From assembly GCA_051294375.1 (NCBI GenBank), contig CM119266.1, positions 9,866,538 to 9,930,537 of the forward strand: a stretch of DNA of 64,000 nt, in the 5' to 3' direction. Each line of letters begins with the position of its first letter. Within the stretch, counting starts at the first letter, position 1. Below are positions 12,112 through 25,050 of the stretch, piece by piece. The DNA is from Paraspadella gotoi. Its lineage: Eukaryota; Animalia; Chaetognatha. The translations under genes were made by a program, and so were the position numbers. The notes below the pieces were generated by a model that saw only the letters and a list, made by a program, of their open reading frames with translations, did no database searches and had not been told where the DNA came from.

Positions 12112-12879
12112 ATAGAAAGAGAGAGAGAGAGGAGAAGAGAGAGAGAGAGAGAGAGAGAGAACGTTTTCATTCATCCTTTTTTAATGAATTATTAATGAGC
12201 TAAAAAATGTTCCTCCTATTTCATTCCCTCTGTCTTTCCCGGTTTAAACGTCCGTGAAAAAAAATAAAAATAAACAAGCGCGAAAACAAGAAAAGCCTGA
12301 AAAAATGGTCCGAGGGAATTTCTTGAAAGTGAAAGATTTCTACCCTTGATAATATTTCAATTATATGAAATTTTTCATTGAAGGAATTCAAAGGAGAATG
12401 GTAATGCCTTGATTCACGAGCCCATATCCTTAAGATTTCACTAATTAAGTGAGAACAATAAACCGTACCAAATTTACTACTATTTTTATAGCAGCAAAGT
12501 TTCAATCCGTATAATTCATAACTTATTACTTAAAGAAAAAACATAAAAATTGGTGCAATAGCAACAACAACAACACAAACAACATAACAACAATATCAAT
12601 GGCGGCCCTCCGTCGATAGAAGTTTGGCAACTGTAAATCACTCCGTGAAAACGACGAATTCACTCTTGACTCACAAACGGCGAAGGGACGTGAGACTCAC
12701 TGAATTCTCTCCTCGCTCATTTTTAAATTCTTCACTTTCTCTTCTCTCGCACTTTCCTTCGCTCTCCCCTTTTCCTCTTCTCCAACTTTTTCATTAATCT
12801 CAGTTTCCTTTTTCCTTATATTTCATTTTTTCTCTTTTATTTTCTTTCCCTTTACATTTTCGTTCTTTCTTTTTTTTTC

Positions 12880-13260
12880 CTAAATTCCTTTTTATTCCTT
12901 TCCATTTTACCCTCCCTTCCTTTATTTCTTTAGGTTTTTCCTTCTTTCTTTTTTCCTCTTTCTAATATTACTTTCCTTTTACCTCACTTCCTTTATTTCT
13001 TTATTTTTCTCTCCTTCCTTCTTTCCTCTTCTCTCTTTAATATTTCCCTCCTTTTACCTCCCTCCTTTCCATTTCTTTCTGTTTTTCCCTTCTTTTCCTT
13101 TTCCTTCCCTCTCTTTAATATTCCTTTCCTTTCACCTCACTTCCTTTATTTCTTTCTGTTTTCTATTCTTTTTCCATTTTCCTCCTTTTTAATATTCCTT
13201 CTCCCTTTTTCTATTCCACCTTCCTTTATTTCTTTATGTTTTTCCTTCTTTCCTTTTCCC
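12880..13260. repeat. Pyrimidine tract with a hidden ~75-bp tandem unit, ~5 copies
   Basis: The TAATATT...TTTACCTC(A/C)CTTCCTTTATTTCTT pattern recurs at ~12963, 13038, 13116 and 13190. Confidence 0.6.
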
Positions 13261-13634
13261 TCCTTTCCTCTTCCTCCTCCTCCCTTTCGTCTACCCCATC
13301 ATTTTTCGGTTAAAAATCCCGCAGCCATTTTTTGTTTTGTTTACTATTCCGCTTCGCTGTGTTCGTCCGTCGTCGTAGTCGTCGTCCGTCGTCCGTCGTC
13401 GTCGCCAAACGAAATAAACAATTCGCTACGTAGGCGTCGATTCCTTTTTCCGGTCTGTTTCCTTCCATTTGCACCTCCCTTTCCTCCACCCAACCTCCTC
13501 CTCCTCCTTCTCCTCCTTCCCTCCTCATCTTATGTTCTCTCCTCCTCGCCATCTTCCCTCCACCCACCATGCAAAATGAATTCCTTAAATCTCGATCTCG
13601 GTTTTTGGCACCCATCTCTCCTCCTCTCTCTCTC

Positions 13635-13689
<55 letters not shown>

Positions 13690-14433
13690 CTCTTCTCTCT
13701 TCTCTCTCTCTTCTCCCCGTCCCCCCATCCTATCATCCCCTCGTTCATCGCTGCAGACTCCGCTTGGAAGCGTTTGAACCGACCGCGTTCGAATTCCATA
13801 ATCTTATTTACATATTGCAGTGACCCGTTTTTTTTTAACGCTCACGGTTATATATTCTCGTTATCACAATTAAATTGTCATTATCAAGATTGATTCGGGA
13901 AACAAAAAATGCCACAAGATTACGGTAAAAATCTTTTATCTTAAGTTGGTGGCACAAGGTCTCGGCAATGGTTAGTGAAAGGCCATCCGGTAAATATTTT
14001 AAAGATATTAAGTAAATTTCCTGATTTACGTGCCTCAATTATTAAACCTCTTCACATTTTCCAATCTCTTTCCAAATTTCCATACCACCTATGAATCCCT
14101 CAATCTCTGATACCCCTCTGAAGTTACTTACCCACTATACCTCATTTAAACATACTACGAAGCTATTTTAACCCGAAAATCACCCTCCTTTATTTACGAA
14201 TGGAACTCAATCAAATCTCGATCTCTCCTCTCTCATCTCGAATCTCTTCTCTCTCTCTTTATCTTCTTCCGAAACGAGGAAAAGTGCACCGTAAGCGTCG
14301 TGTTCACGAAACCTCGAGCGGCGTCACGTGATTTCCGGTTTTCGGCCGGCCGTCGTTCGGTCGTCTCTCCGGTTTGGGTCAAAAAGCTGCCGCCTCCGGA
14401 AACAACAGAGAAAGAAAGAAGAAGAGAAGAGAG

Positions 14434-14494
<61 letters not shown>

Positions 14495-15089
14495 GAGAAG
14501 AGAGCTCGCGCCCTCACCGCACCCTCTAACCGCTAATGGAGTGATGAAGGCCTCTTCCTTTTCATTCCTTTCCCTTACGACTTTTGTCTCTTCCTTTCTC
14601 CCCACTCTCTCTCTCTCTCTCTACCATGTCTTCTCTCTCTCTACTCTCATCTCCCGCACAACGTCCCACGAAAAAAAGTTGGTCCGAAATGCGCATAAAT
14701 TCTCCCACCAAGTTTTTTTCGCCGCGATTTTTCATTAATTCTTCTGTCTCCTGTCTTTCTGCTTTTTTCTGTCTTTCTGTCTTTTCTGGTCTTCTCCGCC
14801 TTTTTTATCTGTCTCTTTACTTCATTTCTCACCCCACGCGGACAGTTTGAGCTCAGGTCGTTGGTATTTCTTTTCCAACTCTATCTTGCCTTCTCCCTCG
14901 CCGCTGACTCTTCTCTCTCACTCGTCTCTCATCTCCTCATTCATCTCTCCCTCTCCTGTTCTCTCTCCTCTCTCTCTCCTCTCTCTCTCTCGCTCGCTCT
15001 CCGGCGTTGACCCACGGACTGAGGAGACCAATTGAAATGAAAAATAATCGCCTCGCGGCAGTCAACGACGCGACATCGTGGCTGGGGGG

Positions 15090-16300
15090 GGGTGTGAGTG
15101 CTTGTAACTGCTTGATAAGGATTTGCTGAAGTGCTCTAAGGATCTAACATTGCTTGGTGAGTGTCTGAAATAGATTCGTGGTGGCCAACCGAAGTGTAGA
15201 CACTGGAAACATACACGCAACATATTAAGACAATATTATAAACGTTATTGTAAGAGATAGATTCTTGTTATGATTCTTTCTTTTCGTTGTGTTTATAAAT
15301 TAGGGAAAACAGTTTTTAAAATATTAAGATGGAATTCATCAATCTCATTTGCATATAGTAGTAAATTATTTCAAGTCACATTGGTTTATGATTTGGTTTA
15401 ATATAAGGCCTATTTTTTGGTTTTACATAGCTTTTTTTTAATTTATAGATAATTTTGTGACATTGAATAATAATCTGAGCTCCGCTCCTATAATACCTAT
15501 ACTGTTTCCTTTAGGTAACGGAACAAACTATAATATTTCGGACGAAAAGGTATTTCACTGTTTGTCAAAGTGAGCGACGACAGAAATGAATTTTGTCTGC
15601 TACATTCGGAATATTGAGCCGGTTTATTGGTTTGCCAAATTAAGTGGGAGCCTGGGACCATAGATTGGGGAAATCTGATTAAACTGGTTAAAATTGGTTA
15701 TTGGATTTTATTTAACAAATAAGAGTATAAGTATGATAAGAGTATATATCTACCATGATGGGAAAAAAAATTGTCGCGGTTACTTTTCAGCTATTTTTCG
15801 GCATTTTAATGTAAGAATCGAAAAATAAAATTTAGATATCAAGAAACTTTGGCCTCTTGTGATTCATATGAGCTGTATCTTATTGTACAACAAAAAATAC
15901 AAGAGTTCCATGTAAAAGAAAATGAGTTGTCTAAAAATATGCTTCCCTGTCTTTCCTCAGTCTCATATCAAATGGTTATTGCATCATCTCCATTAGGATA
16001 GATTCAGGAATGAATCTTAATTCATATGTCAAAAAAAGAGCAATATTAAAAATACATTGATGCTGTAGATGCTCCAAAATATGTTTTTATATTGTAAAGT
16101 TTCAATAGAAGTTATAGGGCTCCGGGTAACCTTTCTATGATCAAAGTTATCATTTTTATTGTGTTATCAGAATGAAGTATCAAGCAAGTCCAAAAAAAAA
16201 AGAAAAATCAAAGATTTCGTTGAAGGGAAAGACAATTACTTTATAGGCGATTAATCCTTTTCACTGTTTGCCAAAGACCATTTTTTGCTCAAAATCTGAT
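15090..16300 (+). mobile_element. Microsatellite-free segment, possibly a decayed non-LTR retrotransposon (AP-endonuclease-like) fragment
   Basis: Broken frames give GRKGISLFVK (~15540), KLVIGFY (15691) and IVA-GYFSA (~15770, needs a frameshift). These loosely follow the order of APE motifs GVAIxVK, xxxY and GDFNA. Many stops. Confidence 0.2.
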
Positions 16301-16329
16301 AAAAAATATATAAATATAAATATAATTAT

Positions 16330-16975
16330 ATATACCACATACAATTATTTATTTTGTTTGTTTTTACATGTTTTATATGGTTTGTAAGGTAGTGTCTGTT
16401 AGTGGTTTATAGTGTGTTATAGTTTTTAATTTTTAGTATCATAGTGTGTATTTTTTCTCTTGTCTATCTTCATGAAATAGCGTCTTTGAATTAAAGACGC
16501 TATCAATTAAATTAAAGTTTAATTGATTTTGCGTGCTGAATTTTATTTTATTGTTGGTTGTACTCTTATTATGTTTTATGGTTGTTTAGCGTGGTCCCTC
16601 TCCCATTTACAGTTAAAATTTTCAAAATTAAATTTTTACATTTTTACATTTTTACATCATTAAGCTCTGTTTTGACTTTTAATAACTTTAACGTTTCAAA
16701 AACGTTTTATTTTAAGGTTATATTTCATTTTATAACATTACATGTTTTTGTTGTTTTTGTTTTTGCGTGTTATTTTTGAACGTTTTATTAACGTTTTATA
16801 CTTGACGTTTTTCGTTTTTAACTCTTTCTGGTTTTTATGATTTTTATATCTAATCTTTGAACGTGTAGTTTTTATTTTACTGTGTTCCAGTCTTTTACGA
16901 TGTTATTTATACCGTTATCGATATCATTTATTATTGGTTACTGTTTTTTGAGTTAATATCGTTTTTTTATTAATA
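16330..16975 (+). other. T-rich, C-poor segment with two adjacent perfect hairpins; possible mitochondrion-derived fragment
   Basis: Hairpins at 16477-16487/16493-16503 (11 bp) and 16502-16511/16518-16527 (10 bp). Hydrophobic F/L/I/V-rich fragments loosely resemble nad subunits. Confidence 0.2.
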
Positions 16976-17240
16976 AAAAAAGTGAAAAAGAAAAAAAGAA
17001 TATAAACTGCTCCACTTACAGCTGGAAATGGAGCAAGTCGCACAACGCAGCAAGATATGGCAAGAGAAGGAAACTCTGCTTTTGATTTTGTCTTGAAAAG
17101 ATGAACTCACCCAAAGACTTCAGTTCTCGAACTTATTTTTTCAGTCGCCGCTTTTTAAGGCCAACGAGGAAAAGTCAAGGACCAAAGGCTTGAGGCGAGA
17201 AAAAGTCTGTTTAGCTATTTTACCGGTTTTTTTTCTGAGA

Positions 17241-20200
17241 AGGGGGTCGGTGCGGCGCCTCCCTTCACGACCCGGCCTCGGGCCGCCGCCGGGGCGCCTC
17301 TCGTCGCGTTGCCTGCGGTCGCGCGCTGGCACAGGCGCTTGACGGCGGTTGGGCGCGCGCCCTCTTGCGCCGCCGCTGCCTCGCGCGCGCCGGGCCTTTG
17401 CTGCGCCGGCCTGCCCACTGCGCCGCCCCCGTCTCTTGCTGGCCCCGGCCCTTTTCTCTCCTCCGGGTCGCGCTACCCCCCTGCCCCCGCGTCCGGCCCC
17501 GTGCATTTGCGGCTGGGCGGCGCCGGACTTCTCGCCGTCCTCGGCCGCCGCGGCCTGGTTCCGACGCCGCCGCCTTCCCTTGCGGCCGGCGCGCCTCGCG
17601 GCCCCCTTCGGTGCCGTCTCTTGGTCCGCGCTCGCCCTCGCCGTCCCGCCCCCTCTCGCCCTCGCCTGGCGTGCGGTCGCGTTCGCCCGGTGCTTTCGTC
17701 CCGTCCCCTGCCGTGGGCCCATGACCGTCGCGTTCTGCCGGGCCTGCCCCCCCCCTTGCCCTGTCGCGCTGTCCGGCGCCTGTCCGCCTCCGGCGGCGCC
17801 CGGTCCGCTCGCCCCCGATCCACTTTCCCCACCCCGCCCTTGCCCCCCCCCGCCTGCGTGCCTTCCCGCGTTTCGGTGTCCGCGGGTCTCTCACGTCCGG
17901 GCGCCGCCCGTTCGCGCCCTCGGCCGCCGCCCCGATAAGCCGCTTGCCCGTCCCGTCCTTCCTGGGCGGTCTGCCCGCCGCGCCTGGTTCCCGTCTCGCC
18001 CCGGGCCTGTGCGCCCCCTGCTGACCCCCTGCGCATGGTGGTGGCCTGCCTTCGTCCGCTTGCCCTTTTGCACTCCCCGATTCTTCCCTCCTCCCTTGGC
18101 CCTCCGCCCCCGGTCCCGCCCCCGGCTGGTCCTCCCCCGCGCCACCCGGGGCGCCCCCCCCGGCCCGACCGCGCCCCCCCGCCCCGACCAGTCTTGCCCC
18201 CCCCCACCCTCGCCTTGCGGCCGTCCCCCTCTTTATTCTTTTCTACCTTCCCTTCCCCACGTGCGCCCTTCCCCTCTCCCTCGGCCCGTGTTTGCCTCCG
18301 CTGCCCCTCGCCTCACTGCCTCTCCCCTAGCGCGTCCGCGATTCCGCCTGTCCGCCCCCCTCCCACTTTGCCCTTCCTGTCCACCTGAGTGCCCTTCGTC
18401 CCCCCTCCTATCCCGCCGCCATTCGCCTCCTTTATCCCCTTTTGCCTATTTCCTGTCCCACTTCTCCGCCCCCATTTACGCGTCGGGCCGCCCTTCCGCC
18501 CCTCGCCCTCCCTCGCTCTGCCCATATTTTTTCTTCCCCCCCCTACCTTCCTTCACCCTTCCCTCTCATCCCGTCTGATCCGTTCATTCCCATACTCGTC
18601 CTAGGCCGGCCCGCCAGCCCTCCCCGCCCTGCCGCCACCCTTGGCGCGCCCGTCCCCCTGACCGGCTCCCTCCCCTCCTTCCCTCTGCCACCCCGTTTCC
18701 TCTGCCTTCTGCGTTCGAGACGCCGTCCGCTCGTGGGGGTCTGCGCTTCGCTCGCGAAGGCGGGCGCCTCCACGCCCCTGGTTGGGCCCCCCCGCCCTTC
18801 GTTTGTCCGCTCGGCTCGCACTCTGCACCCGGCCTTCGGTTCTGCCCCGCTCTACCTGGGCCTCACCTCGTCCCCGCCGCGTTTCGTTCTTGCGGGCTGC
18901 GCTCCTTCGTCGTTTCCCTTTCCCATCACTACTCCTTCCCCACGCCGCTCTTCGACGTCTGCTCGCGTCCCAACGTCTTTTTCCCTTCGCGGTCCGCCCG
19001 CCCGCGGCGCGCGCAGCGTGCGTGTCGTGCGCCCTGCCCCCTTTCGCTCCCGCCCAGGCCTCCCTCGCGGTCCGTTCTGCACTGTGGGTTCAGTCCCCCG
19101 CCGGCCGCGCTGGCCGGCCTTGCGCTCCGCCGCCGTCGTTTGCCCCCGTTCGCGGCGTTGGGCGACTCGGGTCCCTCGTTTCGCGGGGCGCTTCACGCGT
19201 CGCAGCGCCTTGCGCCCTTCGCTCCCGACCGCTTGCTCTCTCCCCCCGCCCTGCCTGCGCCCGCCCGGCGCGCGTGTCCGAGCCGCCGGCGTCCGTTACC
19301 TGCCTCGAGCGGCCCTCTCCGGCTACCTCGTCCTGTCGCTGGCGTTCCCGGTCTCGCTCTTTCGCCTTCGCTGCTGTACTCGCGATGGTTCCCGGCTCCG
19401 CCGTTGCTGCTTCCCTCGGCGGCCGGTGCATGCCTGGTAGACGCCCCGTCTCCCCTCAGCCCGCCGGCCGGATACCCCCGCCGCGCGTCCGCTGCCGGCT
19501 TTGGCCGCGCGGGCCCCCCTTCCCCCACCTCCCTCCTGCGGCCGTGCGCGGCGGCGCGCCTCCCCGCGCACGCCCCGCCGGTGCCCTTTCTCCTGCTCGC
19601 CGCGCGCGCCTTTGCCCGCGTGACGGCGCCGCGCATTATGTCGGCCCCTTTGACACTTCGTATGCGTATCATTCGCTGTCGCCGCATGCGTCGTGTGTGC
19701 CCGGCCTTCGGTCTTCGGCCCTCGCCGGGCCACATTTGCTGCCGGCACGCGTCGCGCGCGCCCCTCCCTACCTTCGCCGATCTGCCCGGTCGGCGGCGCG
19801 TGATCAGCGCCGGATCCAAGCCGCGCCAGCTCGGGATCCGCGCTTATGCCAGCGCCGTCCGCTTTTTGCTTCGACCGGTCCCGCCGCGGCGACCGTGATT
19901 CAGCCCGCCGTTCCGCCCGGCGGCCCACGGTGCCGTCCTGCACGCTCTGGGCCGCGGCGCCCTTTCCGTTGTCGCGGGTGGCTTGCTGCTTTTGGCCGTC
20001 GCCGCCCTTCGTACCGGCCTCGCCGGCCAGCTTGACCGGCCCCAGGCGCTCCCACTCCTGTTTGCGTCGCCTCTTCGCTGCCGGTCTGCTCCCATCCCCG
20101 CCTGCCCCCTCGGTCTTCTTGTCCCATCTCGCATCCGGGCGGCCTCGCTCGTGCGCTGGCGGCACACTGCTCGGCTGTTTGCCTCGCCAGGCGCAGTGTC

Positions 20201-23200
20201 GCGGCTGTTCCAGCCGCCGGCCGCCGCCGCGTCTCTTCCCCCCCGCCGTGCGCCCGGCCCCATTTTCGCCGCGGCGCCTTTCCCTTTCCCTTCCTTTCGC
20301 CGTTGCGCGCGTTTCCCCGCCTTCTCCAGTCGCCCTCCCTCTCCGCCCCGCCCCACCCTTCCCTTGCCTTTGGCGCCTGCGGCGCTCCGCTCGTCGCTTG
20401 GCTCTCGCCCCGGTCGTTCGCGGCCTGCGTTTCGCGCCGCTTGCGTTGCCTGGCCTTTCCCCCCGCCCCGGTTTCCCCCCCGCGCCGCGCCCCCGCGGTC
20501 TTCCTTGCCGCTGGCCTCGGCCCCGCCGGCCCCCATTGCCGGCGTCTGGTCGAGCCTTACAGCAACCCCGCCTCCGCCGCCCCACCCGGGCGGCGCCACC
20601 CGGCGCCGCGGCGCGGGCGGCCCCCACGGCCGCTTTCTCTCCGCCGCTCGCTCCTGGCCGCTCTTTACGCTTTATTCCCCGGCACATTCCACCCCCCGCT
20701 TGCTCCGGCCCCGTTTCTTCCGGCTTCCCCACGCCATCTGGCCCGCGCTCGCCTTTTCCCTTCCTCCCTTTTCCCAGCCGCACCCCGCTCGCCCTCTCCG
20801 CCGGGTTCCACGGCTGTCGGGCCGTCTCTCCCTTCGTCCCCACTCGGCCCTTCCCCGCCTTCGCGCGCTTCGCTGTTTGACACCGGGCTGCCCCGCGCCT
20901 TTAGTCCGCTTTGCTTGCTGCCGTTCTGCGACTCCGTCCCGCCCCCTCCGCCTTTTCTCCTGCCTGTTCCGCCCGGCTCGCCCGCAGCTCGACGGCGCGT
21001 TTCGCGCGGTGCGGTTCCCGCCGCGCCATCGACTCCTGCGTGCGCCCACTTCCTCGCCGCTGCGCGGCCCTCCGCAGCGCTTTCCCCCGCCATCCGCGCC
21101 GTCCGTCCTCTGCTGGACCCTCGCCCCGCCGGCCCCCGCCGCTCCACCTGGCCCGACGCGTCCCCCCCTTCGCGGTCTATCCCGCCTGCTGTCCTCTCCG
21201 GGCGTCCGCCTCTGTCGTTGCCTTCGAGTCGCGCTCCCCCGCGGCCTCTCGCTGGCCAGTAAGCTTCCCCCCTCTGCCGCCCTTTCTTGCTCTCGCGCCC
21301 CTCTCCTTTGCCTCACTGGACTCCTCCCGCGCGTTTTTTCCTTTGTCGCCCGCTGCCCCATTCTCTTCCGCGTCGGCTGCCAGGGTGCCCCCACCCCCTC
21401 GGCTCCCCCCGCGACCGGTGCGTGCGACGCCTTGCCGCCCGCGTTTGGCCTTCACCGTTTCCCCCTTCTCTTGTTCGTCCTTGGACCCGCGCCCATCTCG
21501 CCGTGCCCCACCCCGGCCCCCCTCACCTCCCTCCCCCTTCTGCCTCGCTCACATCCCTCCAGTTATGCTATCCTCCCCTTCCTTTTCCCCCCGGCGTCTC
21601 CATCCTCCCTCCGCCTTCCTTGTGCGCTGCCCGCCCCGCCTCCCCGGTCCCCCGCATCCCGTCTTCCTCGACTTCCGTGCATGCCGCTCCGGCGGGTTTC
21701 TGGGCGCCTCGAGGTCCGGGCCGCCTCAGCACCGCCCCCCGTTGTCCCCCTCGCGCATCGTTGCTGCATTGGCGCCCGCCCCTTCCGGTGGCCGCGTTCC
21801 ATCCCGGTCGGCCGGCTGCTTGGCCGCCCGTCGCAGGCCCCCGTCGGACGCCGCTTTTGCGGCCGCACCCGTGGCCGACTCATCCTCCCCACGGCCCGCG
21901 CCTCTCTCCTGATGTTCGTCTTCCCCCCCCCCGCACCGCCCCCTGGCGCTTCTTTTTTCTGCCGCCCCAACTGCTGCCCCATCCGCGCCCCTGCGGCGCC
22001 GCGGCGCTCTCCGTGCCGCGCCCGCGGCCGGCCGCCTGAGCCGCTTCTTCCTCCGTGGGCCGGTGCGCCGCTGCATCGTTCCGGCTTGCTGCCGTCCCCC
22101 ATGCCCTTGGCGTCCTGGCCCACACGCCCTTCCCCGGTTTCTCGCTCTCGTGCGCTACTGGGTGGGCCACCACCCCTTGGTTTCTCCCGTCCGGGCCTGC
22201 TGGCTCACTCCTCTTCGCACTTGCCTGCCCTCGTTCCGCGGACACCATTTTTTTCCGCTTGCCCTGCTTCCAGCCTCTTCTTTGCGGGCGAGCTCCCGCG
22301 CCTCCTTGCCCGTGCTTCCCACGCCTGTTCTTGGCCCTCCTCCGCCGCCTGCCCTTTCTTCAGTATCTCCGCCGATCTTTTTTTCCGGCCTGTCCTTCCC
22401 CGGCCGCCCGACCCTTCCCGTGTTACCGCCAGCCCTCGTCCCCTGTCTCAGTACGCGCCGCAGCTGGCCCCATTGGGCCCTCGTCTTGCACCGCTTCGCT
22501 TGCGGCTTAGCTGATAGGCGCCAGGCGGCCCATCCGCTTCCACCAGCCGCTGACTTTCGCGGCTGGAGCTCGCTCGTCGCCCTGCTCCGGTGCCGCGGTT
22601 TCCTGTGTGATACCCGCGGCGCTCGCGCCCCTTCGGCGCAGCGTGGGCCTTGTCTTGCCGGTCCCTCCCCCCTGCGGTCTTCCCCGCCCTGGGGGCACTC
22701 CTTCCATTCCCCGGCGGACCTTCTCTCCGTTTCCCCTGTCCCCGTCTCTTCGCTGCCCCATGCCGCCGCTTTCATTTGGTCGGTCACGCCGCCCTCTCGC
22801 CCTCCCGCGACCCGCTGCGCCCCGGCACCCTCGTCCTCCTGCGTCGGTGGCCGCCGTCGTCTTTCCGCCGCCGGCTTCGCCGGCGCGGACCTCCTCCGAC
22901 GTTCCCCTTCGCACCTGCCCGTCGCCTGCCGCGCTCTTCCTACTTATTCCCCTTTGGCCTCGGGCGGTCGACCTCCGACCCGCGACGTCAGTTCCTAATT
23001 CCTATCCCTCCTACGAGGACCGTTCCTCGCCTCGCGCGATTGGCACGACATGCCGCCCCTATCTTTCCTGTCCCCGCTGTCCGGCCGCCGCGCGGTTGCT
23101 ATCGCCGTTGCCGCGTCGCCCCTCCCGCTTGGCCCCCCGGGCGGTCCCCTGCCCCGCCCGGGCGGCTCCCGCGGCATCGTCCCGCCGTCTTTTCCTCGCC

Positions 23201-25050
23201 GTCGCTACCCGTCGTATCGGCGGCGGCGGCCGCCTTTTTATTCATTCTCCCGTGCTCGTCGTTGTCGACTTTTGCCGGACGTCGCTTTGTCCTCCCGCCT
23301 TATCCGCCGGTGGTCGGGCCGTCGAGCTGCACGACCGCGGGTGATGCCTTTTTCCTCCCCCGCCTCGTCTTTGTCGGGCCGCATCTCTGCCCCGCTGACC
23401 GCTCCCCTGCCTTTGCAGCCGCAGCGCTTGCGCGGCGCTCAGGCTTTGCGGCGCTCTGCGGGCTTTCCTTCGCTGCCCCTTGTCCCCGCTCCGCCCCTCA
23501 TGACGCCCCTCCCCCTGTGGGCCCGGCACCAAAGGTTGCTCCCAGGCGTATGTCTGACGCCAGCCGTCGGCTTTGCTGCCGCTCCACTCCGCTGGCGCGG
23601 GGACCGCCGCGGCCCGGAGCTCGCACGCTATTCTTTTTTCTTCGTCGTCTCTCCGCTGCGGCACCGTTGCCCTTGAAGCGCTGTCGCCTTCGTCTTCCCG
23701 TCGTCGTTAGGCGTTTCAGCTGCCCTTCAGCCGGCGTCCCTCCACCTCCCGCCCCTCTTGGTTTCTGGCCGCCAGCCCCCCCCTCCCTCCGGCCCCATCC
23801 CCCCTTCCACTGGTGCTACTGTCGGTCTGTTTCACCCCTTTTTTCGGCCCACTTCTCTGCGCGCTGTGCGCTTTGACGCGTCGCTCGCCCTCCCGGCGCC
23901 CGCTCGCGTCTGCCGTAATCGGCCCGTACTTCGCGCGGTCGTCCACCTGCGCACCGTCTACCCCCCCCCGCTGCCCTGCTGCCATCCTTCGCTCGAGCTA
24001 TTCAGGCCGCTGCAGGCTCTGGCTCCCTCACTATTCCTCCGCCCGTTGCGTCTCCGCTTCTCCACCCCATTTTTTGCGCCCGGTCCGGCGTTCGCCCCGG
24101 CGCCGCGGTCGCAGCCGCTTGCGTCCGCCGATCGTTCCCTCGACCCCGCTTGGGAGAGCCCGTCGCCCCCAACTGGGGGCGCTCCCTTCCACTTCTGCCT
24201 CCGTCAGCGCCCTCCCACACGCCCAGACGCTGCCTTGGCCCCTCTCGCCAGTTGGGGCAGCTCCCAGTCCCCTCTTGTCGTTGTTTCGTCGCCTTTGGTT
24301 TTGGGCGCTGCTGCTGGGGCGCCCTTGCCCGGACGCTGCGTCTGGCTTGCCTTCCTCGCCCGCCCGTCCCCCGCCGCGCCGGATCGCCGCGCCGTCTCTG
24401 CCGGCGCCGGCTTGTGCGGTACGGCGCCGTTGCTTGTCAGTGCGCCGCGAGACCCTTCGCTGCTGGTGGACTCGGCGTTGCTTCTCTTGCCTCATCCCGC
24501 ACGGCGCTTCGCGTTCCTCCCGCCAGTCGGCTGGCGACGCCGGCCGGTTTCGGATCGACGGCGGCCAGTGGGGCGCCGTGCCGGCTCGCCCCTCGTACTT
24601 TCCGCTGGCGCCGCCCTCCCCTGTGTGCCACGGGTCCCCCTCGCGTCGCGCCGTCCCCTCCCTCGTCACACCTGAGATGTCTCGGGCGGATTGGGGCGGG
24701 CGGAGCTTCCTCGGCCCGCACCTCCCCGCCCACCGCCTCCTCGCTTCTGTTCCTCACTCCGACGTTGGCCGTCCAGCTCTGCGCTGGCGCCCGCGTCCGC
24801 GCCGATCTTCCTTGCGCCGATCGGAGCTTCGTGGCGCCGCCTCTTCACGCGTCAGGACTTGTGGGGGCGTTTCCGTTTTTCGTCGCTGTACCCGTTGTCG
24901 ACGCGGCGGGCTCGCGCCGGGGGGCACGTCCGCTCCGCCTCTGCCCCATTCTGTCTGTCCGCGTCGTTGCCGCCGAGCGGCGTGACGGCGTCGAACCTCG
25001 GTCCCCTCGGCTTCGCCGACCCCTCGTTCCGCCGCCCCTCACCGCATGTT
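17241..25050. other. ~7.8 kb A-depleted, C-rich block; probable long-read base-calling artefact or foreign DNA
   Basis: A sample 60-mer at 19021 has A1/T14/G15/C30. No microsatellites. Overlapping Pro/Arg/Ala/Gly-rich ORFs in all six frames with no recognisable domain. Ends just before a 25-N gap (25164-25188). Confidence 0.7.

Noticed and set aside
19983-22514. 843-aa ORF and the many other 200-500 aa ORFs between 17.1 and 25.2 kb
   Set aside because: They overlap in all six frames, are P/R/A/G/S-rich and show no domain. They are explained by the lack of stop codons in an A-depleted block.
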